Assembly: GCA_024231025.1 (NCBI GenBank)
Contig: JAAEQW010000327.1
Span: forward strand, 16,022-80,021
DNA from: Candidatus Omnitrophota bacterium
Lineage (GTDB): Bacteria; Omnitrophota; Gorgyraeia; Duberdicusellales; 4484-171
Direction of reading: 5' to 3'
DNA: 64,000 nucleotides
Shown here: one piece after another, positions 28,530 to 36,685 of the stretch
How positions within the stretch are numbered: the first letter of the stretch is position 1
Layout: each line of letters starts with the position of its first letter
Position numbers and translations under genes: made by a program
Notes under the pieces: generated by a model
Database searches by the model: none
What the model was told of the DNA's origin: nothing
What the model saw: only the letters and a program-made list of their open reading frames with translations

Positions 28530-31500
28530 TTAATCACAGAAAGCCAAATCTCTATTTCTTTGGCGTTCAATACTGATAATTTCAAATGTAAACCCGCCGA
28601 AATCGTTAATATCAAATTCGACTGCGTTCGGGATAAAATTATTTATTCCTTCTCCTTGCACATCTATGTTTAATTTATTCGGATTAAAATCGATGCCGCC
28701 GGGGATACCCTTAGAGTGGGCGCCGACTATCCCGGCGGCTTTTGTCGACGCTTTTGAAGACGAGCGGACGTAAATTTCTTTTACCTGCGCCTCATAGGCT
28801 TTTTTGCGCTCAGTCAACTTCTCTTGATCAAAAACTGGCTGATACTCTTCATTGTGAACAACTACTCCGGGCATTGTCCGTAATGAAAATTCTCTTTGCT
28901 TAACTAGCTTAAGACCTAAATCTATATTATCCGGATCATAATTACGAATGATCAATAAGCTTGGCCCGCCTTTAACCGAAAGCTCGTGGTGCTCAAATTC
29001 TCCTCCCTTTGAAGAGAAAAAATCTCCAAGATCTTCATTGTGCTGTAAACTAAGACCTGCTAAATCAACAAATGCCACACCATTAGGTTTTAAAACACGC
29101 TTGATCTCTTCCAACACAAAAACCTTATTCTGAAGATAAGTAGCTACTGCTGGCCCTAAAAATACTACTTCAAATGACCTATCTTTGTAAGGAAGCCCAT
29201 AACTAACATCGGCGGTAATATGGCCTCGCTGCATTTTTTCAACAAACTTGTGCGCTTGCTCTAACGAAAGCTGTCCAACTCCTTTTGTCTCTGCCGCCTG
29301 CTCATCAATAACTGCTTTTAAACTTTCTGCTGAATGAAGATAGTTTTCTTTAGAGATTGCGCTAACGCTATTTAGATGCTTATAACGCGAAAGAAGATCA
29401 TAGACAATTTTTCCTCGGCCAACACCAATACATAAAACATTTTGCGCGCGATTTAAATAGGGCGATATACCAACGGTAATGTCGTTTTGGAAATCTTCAA
29501 TAAAACTATCCAGGCCGCGACCAACATTCTCCTCTCTATAAATTGGTTGCTCAAGTTTTAGAAGCGCCTGGACCCTCTTGATGCCCGGCCGACATCTTTC
29601 AATTAAGGCTTGACCGCGAGAAGTGGATAAATGTTGCTGGGCTGCTTTGTCGTATTCAAAAATAGCTGCACTACCTTCATCGGCATAGGAACCCCTGCGC
29701 ACAATTAATTCAGCAATCCCGTGAGCAATTGTTTGCGCTGATGCGCCGTCATGAACATAAACGATTTTTCTCCTGCGGCCCGTATGTTCCTGATGGCAAA
29801 CTCCTTTTTTATCTTTGTATAAATAACCTCGACCTTCAGTATCAAGAACAATGATCCTAACCTCTCCAATTTCCTCCGTGGAAACAATAATATCCGGTTT
29901 AAGTTTAAGATCATCTTGCGGCAACCAAGAGCTCTTCCCTCCAGCAACTAATTCTCTAAGTTCAATGATTCTTTCCTGATACATCTTACTCTGAACTTCC
30001 GGCCGCTGGGCAATAAGCCTAAAGATCTCTTTATGGAAAGGTGCCTGTTGGGCTATGCCTTGGTCGGAGATGGCGTAGCTTTGTGCCGGCACCAAGATGT
30101 TAGCCTGCTCGATCAAATCGGACCCAGCAGCTGCAAAAGGCATAACTTCTCCAAAATCAGGTATTTTGCGCGCAGCAGGATAGTAAATGATTTTTTCCGT
30201 TGCCACGAGTTCTTTTTTGATTTGAGGGTGTTGGCGCCAGTTGAGCATCCCCTCGATTTCTTCTCGGGAAAAAGTTAAATTGATAAAGCTTTCATCTTCT
30301 TTTAATTCTTCAATACGGTTTTGCCTTTTCGTTACCTCTTGTTTTTGCGGTTGCGCAATTGGAATTGTTAGATCAAAGGTTCGAACTAACAACAGCAAAA
30401 CCAAATCTTCATAGGCCTGGATGAATTTTTTTCGTTCATTTTTATCCTTTATTTTTTCTAAAATTTCTTTTCTGGTTTCCAAATAATTTAAACCGTCTAA
30501 GATTCTCTCGATACTTCCTTTTCTTTGCAACAAAGCATTCACCTGACCGGAAACTAAATTAGCGTGAATTTTTTCCGTTAGCGCCGAAAAGAAACCCGGA
30601 AAAAATGGGCTAGTAATTCCTAATCGTTGTTCAGCAATAAGGTAGATACCAAAATCCGGATCACCGATTTCGTGAGAAACAGAAATATTTTCTTCTTCAT
30701 TTTGATCACGATAAATATTATTTAATTTTTTTATGGCTCGAACTTTAATTTTTCGAACCCCCTCTCGAGTTGAATAAAAATACTCTTTCGCGATTCGAGC
30801 TGAGGGAATTTCGCACTCCTCTTTTGAACCATTAGTGCCAATTTCTTGTAAAACTTGTCTGCTCACACCCTTCCCATAATGCAATTTTAATACCACCCGC
30901 TCCTGAATTGTTAATCTCGCCAAAAGTTTAGATGAATACTGCTGGTTCAATAAAATCTCGTGTATCTCTACCGGAGAAGACACCTTTGGTCTAAACCTCT
31001 CTTTATGGACTACCCCTTTTCTTTCTCCTACTAAAGTCTCAAAAGAAAGAGCGGGAAAAAAACTACGAAACTCTTTTAAGTGCTTAATCTTTTCCTTTAG
31101 GGTAGCGGGAGGGTCCGTGTTAATCTCTTGGGCTATTTCTTCCAAGGTCGGTCGCCGGTAATCGCCACCCTCGCGCAATCGCTGAAGAATCTTTTTCTGC
31201 GCAGCTTCAGTGTCATGACTTAAGCGTCGAAAATGTTCGGGCATTTTCAAGGCATAAAGCGAGCAGTGAAGCAAGAAATTAACCATCTCTTTCTGCATCT
31301 TTATATGGGAGTAGGTCGTAAAAAGAACACCCTTGCGCCAATCAATTTTATCTACTGCGATCGATAAACCTAAATTCGCGGCTGCAATTAACTCCTCTTT
31401 CACGATATGCCTATTTTTACCTTGATCAGCAAAGATTCCCGCTGTTTGAGCTGCCCAGCGTAAATGCCCGCCAACAACGCACTCCTTAATTCTCCCGTAT

Positions 31501-34500
31501 CTAGCCGTGGTCTTTGAGTCAACTTTTTTTCTAATCGCTTCTGCTTCAGACAAAAGTAAAACTTCTTCAGCACGGCTTAACTTAAAATCAGAAAGAAGCG
31601 CTTTTCCTTGCAAATCATATGTCACCTCTGATCGATAGCGACTAAGGATATTCTCTACTTTTTTGTCGCGCTTTTGAAAAAACTCACCACTTACAATAAA
31701 CCGATTATCCCGCTTTCCATCCTCACTGATCTGGCCAAACCCCAAATCCGCCCCTTGCTTGATTTGCCAAAGCGGTTGAAAAACTGCCTCGATTGCTTTT
31801 CTTGGTATTCCTTTGGCACTATTTTTAGCGCAATCCATCATTGAAAATAAACCATTACGAAACAATTCAAGTTCAATCGCAACTTGCGCGGTTAACTCTT
31901 TTTCTTTATCGGCAAGCTTTTCGGCTTTTTCGTGATACGTTTTAATAGCGGCAACGTCTTCTTCTTGGCGAATATACTTGCCCTGGACATCATAGTTTTT
32001 TGCGCGAGCACGGAATTCAGTAATTTCATGAGTAATTTGCGCAGCAGTTACTCCTTCATGAACATAAACACGCCTGCGTTCTCTTCCAAGATGGCCGTGA
32101 TGCTTAGTGTCTTTTTTATCTTTGTATAAATAGCCTTGGCCTTTGGTGTCAAGGATAACAACTTCAACATCGCCAATTTCGGTCGGAATTGTAAAATCAA
32201 TATTGATTGGCAAATCCTGATCCGGTGCAATTCTTTCGTCCCCCTCAACCTTCACCCGTAACTCTTGGATTTTATCTTTCAGCCCTTTGCCTTGCAGTTC
32301 CGGTCGCTGGGCAATAAACTCAAAAATCTCTTTATGGAAAGGTGCCTGTTGGGCGATGCCTTCGGTGGAGATTGCGCCAACTGATTCGATTTTTTGCAAG
32401 TGCAATTGAGGTTGGAAATCAATCGTAGCAAGGGTTTTTGGAAGTTTACCCGGTAACACAATGTTCAGCCTCTGCGCCAAGAACAAGTTAAGCGCTCTGG
32501 CGCGTTCGCGGCGAGCCTCTTTCATTTGTTTTTTTCCATTATAAGAAAAAGAGTCTTTTTTACCATTGAGAAAATCAAATTTCATTGACGCTTCTTGAGC
32601 AGCTTCAAAAACCCTCTCTCGTGATAATAAATCTCTTTCTATCTTATCTTCGATCGCGGCAACTAAAAGAAGAAACGTCGCGCTTTCCATGCAAATATTC
32701 TCCTTGAACGTCTCGATTAAAAATAAATCTATATTTGTGTCAAAACAAAAATTATTCTTGGCAATTGTTTTCATTATTTCTGGTCGATCAAAAGTTAAAA
32801 TCAAATAAGAAAACATATCTTTTTCTTCTTCGGAAAGTGAAATAGCATTAGTTTTTGTTTCCGCACGATATTGCTTCATAAACTGAGGCATTATCATTTT
32901 TATTTCCTCATAATTTATTGCCTGTCTGTCTAGTCCAAAAAGAGACCCGATATCTTCTTGTGTCCATCCTAAAATTCTTAACTTTAAGACTACTCTTCTT
33001 CTGCCTGGCTTTACCCTGGCTAAAACGCGAAACATCTGTCTAGCCCTCTCCCAAAGCATTACATCACCAAAAGGAGACAAATTTCTCGAAGGCACTAAAT
33101 CTTTACGAGTTAGCGCTGTTTCTTCGCTAATTGAAGCGTCTAGCGGAACCGCCGAAGAATACATCTTTTCAACGGCAACAACCTGCTCTGCTGTGACTTT
33201 GCTTTCTTTCGCAACTTGCTCTATTGTTGCTTTTGCACCTAAGCCTTTTCTTGCATTTTTTATGGCATAGATTTTGTCGGTGTGCTTTCTATTAACCGGA
33301 CCGCCTTGTTCATCAAAAGCATTTCTCATTTTTCCATTGGTTGATCGCTTTATAAAACTGGCAAATAGGGCTTCACCGTTTGGGTCAAATTTCTTTTTTC
33401 GCATCACCCGTAATACTTCTAGCTCGCCTACAGCAGCTAGATCATCAATATGAGTTAATTCCAAGTTAATTTTTCGCGCACGCCATATAAGCAATTTTTT
33501 CAGCGAACTAATTACACACGCCTCGATTTCTTTTTTGAGACGATTATCTGCAGTTGAATAATATACAGTAAAAAGAATTTGCTCTTCTTCTCTGTTTAAA
33601 GCTTCTCTAAGATAGGCCTCATTGGGATGATCCGAGGTTTTGCGATCGGCGAGAATTTGTTCGGCTTTCGTGCGCAGGCGCATGTTTCCTTTGCTTTTCT
33701 CATCTGATGCGCCTACTGCACCCCCTGTATGTGCACCTCCAAAATTTTTTGTGCCCGAAGTAGTAGGAAATTTTAAAGTAAATGTAGTCCCTTTGCCAAG
33801 GGCACTTTCGATTTCGATTTTTCCTCCGACATTGTCCATTACCTTTTTAACAAAATAAAGGCCCATCCCTGTGCCGCCAAGGCGCCCGGTAAAACCTTTT
33901 TCAAATAACAAACTATAAATATCTCCGTCGCTTGCCTTTTTGCCTTTGGCTACTATTCTTTGTATTCTTTCTAAAACATCTTTCTCGATTTTATGCACAG
34001 AAACTTCGGACTCGTTATCGGTGGAAATTATTTCTTGGGCTTTCTCTAATATTTTTTCTTTATCAATCCCCACACCAGAGTCGCTTATCCGCACTATCTG
34101 ATGCACTTGCCCAGCTTCGGTTTGGCTCTCAATGGTTACAGCGACTTCTTTAACGTGAGCTGCCTGCTGAGCGTTGATAAACAAATTAAGCATCATAATG
34201 ATAAAGCTATTCGGACTCACCGCAATAATCGATTCTTTGTCGTTATCTTTTTTAAGATTAACCTCTAGTCCAATTCCGGCAACCATCTCAGCTGCCAAGT
34301 CAACTAACGGCGCCAACACTGCATATCCAAGTTGTTTTTGCCTAAGCTCAGAAACAAATTTTCTAAATCGTTTAAGCGAAACAATCGCCTGACGATTTCG
34401 TTTAGTGTTAACAATCTCCCCTCTGGTCAATCCAAGTTCCTTTAAAAATTCTTTCGGCACCCTTTGTTTATATTGTGATGCCCTTTTATGAAGACCAATC

Positions 34501-36434
34501 GCTTCAGACAAAATCTCTTCAATCAAAACAAAAAGCTTTGCGGTTAAATCCCCGCGTTTCTCCAGCGAAGCCGTCTGGGTCAAATTCTGCGTTGCTACCC
34601 ATAATCCGCTAAGCTGCATCCTTTCTTTTACTAGTTGCTTTCCTGCATCATCGTGCTCAAACACTTCGTTGTAATAATCAATTGCCTTAAACACAACCGT
34701 CATCGTGTTTGCAATAAGATGAGTAAAGTCCCGCATTTTTATAAGCTCACTTGAGATATAGCCGCTATTTTCTCTATTCTGTGTTGTTCCTTCTATTTGT
34801 TTAAGAATTTCTCTTTTCACGCGTATGTACCATATTTGCTTTTGAATTTCCTCGGGACGCTCTTTGCTGATCGCTTCTTGTATGTTCCTGAAATTCTCTT
34901 CAAAAAACGGCTGATTGCGCCTAACGATGTCGGCCCTTGATAGATTTCTGATTACACTGCTTTGGCGAGAATAAGCTGAAGTAAAAGTTACAGTTCCAAA
35001 AAAGCTTTCATCGGGTATATTTTCAAGTATAGTTTTTAAGAATACCGACTTGGCAGTTGTTCTGCCAGAAGTCTTTTTCCCCTCGATGTTTAGCGCACCT
35101 AGCTCAGCGGTCATTTTAACTGGTTTTGGCACCTGTTTGTCACCTGAAACAACTTCTACTGTTTCGGCAATTTCACTGGCAAAAAATCCGCCGGAAAAAT
35201 ACTTACGATTAACGTGTTTATTTAGAATTTCGTCAAAATCCCTTCGAATATAGTTGTACACACCTTTTTTGTAGGCCTCTAGGTACTGATTATAAATTTT
35301 TTCTTTTATTTGGGGGTCCGTGCCTTCAATACCTTTGGTTTTGTTTTTACCGATATATATTTTGTCTAATAGGTGTGTGGTTAATTCGTCTTCCGGGGAC
35401 ACGTACCGTTCTCGGCCTTCGGCCTGCGCTTTCGGTACATGTCCCCGTAGGCTGTCAACTGAACGGCGAAGCCGTTGCTTAAACCAGGTTGCAAGAATCA
35501 AGGCATCGTAAATTTGGCGTAGGTAAGCGAACTGTTTACCATTGTTTATTTCCTCTTCGATCATCGGAAGGATAATCTCTTTCGCGATTTGGAATGATAT
35601 ATTGCTAGAGGGCACGGCACGCCGTGCCCCTACGATATTTAAAATAGGGACTGTCCCCTCTTCTGCCAGGGATTGATCTTTGGTCGGCGCCTGTCCCTCC
35701 CCTACGAATTGGTCTATGGTCTCTGGTCTATGGTCTCTGGTCTGATTACGTTGCTGTGCAACGTAATCTTCCTCCATCATCACTTTGAGATGATTATCAC
35801 CCAGAGTTGCCCTATCTCCTTGTTCATACACAATTGCTCTCTCAGGTACAATCCAAATTTTGTTAAAAGTGTTGATCGCAACATTGCTTGTGCCATAAAG
35901 CTGGTACGCTTTGTTGTGCACTTTTTTCCAGAATTGTTTTCCCAATGGGTTATCTGGATAAGTTAAAGAAGCCAGAAGCTGCTTTAGGATGTAGTCTTCC
36001 CCTAGAAGATCTTTACCCATATCAGTTAAACCTAGTCCATGAGCAACAACCGTATCCTTCTCATAAGGCGAAAGGTTAACCCAGAAATCTTCTTCGGGAA
36101 TGGTTAACGCAGATAAAAAGTATTTTATTAACCTTTGGCCCTCTGTTCTCAATTCTTTATCGCTATGGTTTGAATCGCCTTCACTTAATATGAAGTCAAA
36201 TTTGAATGGGTTGTCGGCGTAAAGCTTAATCCCCTTTAAGGATAAAGGGTTATATCTAGCGGTCAAGCCAATCAATTCTGTTGGCGCAGGCATATATGGC
36301 AGTGCTGAGGCATAGCCTGCTGAGTCTTTTGCCAAATAAACCCCAATGGTTGAGGCTATAAAGGCAGCCAGAATAAAGAATGCTACCATCCTAAACGGAG
36401 CACTAGCTCGTTTCTTACATAAATATAGGGTCAT
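28530..36434 (-). CDS. 2634-aa modular protein: signal/TM, conserved N-domain, histidine kinase, two sigma-70-like domains, duplicated HExxE-like spacer, SAM methyltransferase, GGIDF tail
   Basis: N-domain shared with 36686-40813 and 54050-57304; HATPase N/G1/F/G2 boxes; sigma region 2-4 motifs twice; class I MTase motifs (CIGVGRG, LPYKDRSF, KRVLKPNG). Confidence 0.85.
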   Translation of the reverse strand: MTLYLCKKRASAPFRMVAFFILAAFIASTIGVYLAKDSAGYASALPYMPAPTELIGLTARYNPLSLKGIKLYADNPFKFDFILSEGDSNHSDKELRTEGQRLIKYFLSALTIPEEDFWVNLSPYEKDTVVAHGLGLTDMGKDLLGEDYILKQLLASLTYPDNPLGKQFWKKVHNKAYQLYGTSNVAINTFNKIWIVPERAIVYEQGDRATLGDNHLKVMMEEDYVAQQRNQTRDHRPETIDQFVGEGQAPTKDQSLAEEGTVPILNIVGARRAVPSSNISFQIAKEIILPMIEEEINNGKQFAYLRQIYDALILATWFKQRLRRSVDSLRGHVPKAQAEGRERYVSPEDELTTHLLDKIYIGKNKTKGIEGTDPQIKEKIYNQYLEAYKKGVYNYIRRDFDEILNKHVNRKYFSGGFFASEIAETVEVVSGDKQVPKPVKMTAELGALNIEGKKTSGRTTAKSVFLKTILENIPDESFFGTVTFTSAYSRQSSVIRNLSRADIVRRNQPFFEENFRNIQEAISKERPEEIQKQIWYIRVKREILKQIEGTTQNRENSGYISSELIKMRDFTHLIANTMTVVFKAIDYYNEVFEHDDAGKQLVKERMQLSGLWVATQNLTQTASLEKRGDLTAKLFVLIEEILSEAIGLHKRASQYKQRVPKEFLKELGLTRGEIVNTKRNRQAIVSLKRFRKFVSELRQKQLGYAVLAPLVDLAAEMVAGIGLEVNLKKDNDKESIIAVSPNSFIIMMLNLFINAQQAAHVKEVAVTIESQTEAGQVHQIVRISDSGVGIDKEKILEKAQEIISTDNESEVSVHKIEKDVLERIQRIVAKGKKASDGDIYSLLFEKGFTGRLGGTGMGLYFVKKVMDNVGGKIEIESALGKGTTFTLKFPTTSGTKNFGGAHTGGAVGASDEKSKGNMRLRTKAEQILADRKTSDHPNEAYLREALNREEEQILFTVYYSTADNRLKKEIEACVISSLKKLLIWRARKINLELTHIDDLAAVGELEVLRVMRKKKFDPNGEALFASFIKRSTNGKMRNAFDEQGGPVNRKHTDKIYAIKNARKGLGAKATIEQVAKESKVTAEQVVAVEKMYSSAVPLDASISEETALTRKDLVPSRNLSPFGDVMLWERARQMFRVLARVKPGRRRVVLKLRILGWTQEDIGSLFGLDRQAINYEEIKMIMPQFMKQYRAETKTNAISLSEEEKDMFSYLILTFDRPEIMKTIAKNNFCFDTNIDLFLIETFKENICMESATFLLLVAAIEDKIERDLLSRERVFEAAQEASMKFDFLNGKKDSFSYNGKKQMKEARRERARALNLFLAQRLNIVLPGKLPKTLATIDFQPQLHLQKIESVGAISTEGIAQQAPFHKEIFEFIAQRPELQGKGLKDKIQELRVKVEGDERIAPDQDLPINIDFTIPTEIGDVEVVILDTKGQGYLYKDKKDTKHHGHLGRERRRVYVHEGVTAAQITHEITEFRARAKNYDVQGKYIRQEEDVAAIKTYHEKAEKLADKEKELTAQVAIELELFRNGLFSMMDCAKNSAKGIPRKAIEAVFQPLWQIKQGADLGFGQISEDGKRDNRFIVSGEFFQKRDKKVENILSRYRSEVTYDLQGKALLSDFKLSRAEEVLLLSEAEAIRKKVDSKTTARYGRIKECVVGGHLRWAAQTAGIFADQGKNRHIVKEELIAAANLGLSIAVDKIDWRKGVLFTTYSHIKMQKEMVNFLLHCSLYALKMPEHFRRLSHDTEAAQKKILQRLREGGDYRRPTLEEIAQEINTDPPATLKEKIKHLKEFRSFFPALSFETLVGERKGVVHKERFRPKVSSPVEIHEILLNQQYSSKLLARLTIQERVVLKLHYGKGVSRQVLQEIGTNGSKEECEIPSARIAKEYFYSTREGVRKIKVRAIKKLNNIYRDQNEEENISVSHEIGDPDFGIYLIAEQRLGITSPFFPGFFSALTEKIHANLVSGQVNALLQRKGSIERILDGLNYLETRKEILEKIKDKNERKKFIQAYEDLVLLLLVRTFDLTIPIAQPQKQEVTKRQNRIEELKEDESFINLTFSREEIEGMLNWRQHPQIKKELVATEKIIYYPAARKIPDFGEVMPFAAAGSDLIEQANILVPAQSYAISDQGIAQQAPFHKEIFRLIAQRPEVQSKMYQERIIELRELVAGGKSSWLPQDDLKLKPDIIVSTEEIGEVRIIVLDTEGRGYLYKDKKGVCHQEHTGRRRKIVYVHDGASAQTIAHGIAELIVRRGSYADEGSAAIFEYDKAAQQHLSTSRGQALIERCRPGIKRVQALLKLEQPIYREENVGRGLDSFIEDFQNDITVGISPYLNRAQNVLCIGVGRGKIVYDLLSRYKHLNSVSAISKENYLHSAESLKAVIDEQAAETKGVGQLSLEQAHKFVEKMQRGHITADVSYGLPYKDRSFEVVFLGPAVATYLQNKVFVLEEIKRVLKPNGVAFVDLAGLSLQHNEDLGDFFSSKGGEFEHHELSVKGGPSLLIIRNYDPDNIDLGLKLVKQREFSLRTMPGVVVHNEEYQPVFDQEKLTERKKAYEAQVKEIYVRSSSKASTKAAGIVGAHSKGIPGGIDFNPNKLNIDVQGEGINNFIPNAVEFDINDFGGFTFEIISIERQRNRDLAFCD
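35394..35743. repeat. Cluster of in-frame REP-like palindromes and a heptamer repeat inside the 2634-aa gene
   Basis: Hairpin 35394-35447; GTAGGGG-type REPs on the minus strand at 35608-35633 and 35681-35705; GGGACTGTCCC at 35647-35657; TGGTCT(A/C) x5 at 35710-35743. Confidence 0.7.
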
Positions 36435-36506
36435 TTTGTCTTACAGCCCGAATAAAGGGCTTTTTTGGCCGGCCACGGTCAGCATGTCATATTAAGGTAT
36501 CACATA

Positions 36507-36604
36507 AAGATAACATTTTTTTAGACAAAAAACCACCTAATTTCATATTAAGGAGACGCTGTCGGCAACCCCTTCCCATGCAAGAACTTATAAAACAAAT
36601 ATTT
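36507..36604 (-). promoter_or_regulatory. Upstream element shared with the 1375-aa paralog, plus an extended -10
   Basis: AGGAGACGCTGTCG...TTATAAAACAAATATTT (36551-36604) recurs at 40973-41026 with identical spacing; minus-strand TGnTATCTT at 36507-36515. Confidence 0.6.
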
Positions 36605-36644
36605 AATTGGTAAGATACAAAAAGAAAGGCATGAAAACTAATTT

Positions 36645-36675
36645 ACCCATGCACACCGCGTAGGTGTACATGGGT
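36645..36675. terminator. Stem-loop downstream of the 1375-aa gene
   Basis: ACCCATGCACACC / GGTGTACATGGGT 13-bp stem. The T-tract is on the plus side, so the termination direction is uncertain. Confidence 0.4.
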
Positions 36676-36685
36676 TTTGAGTTAT

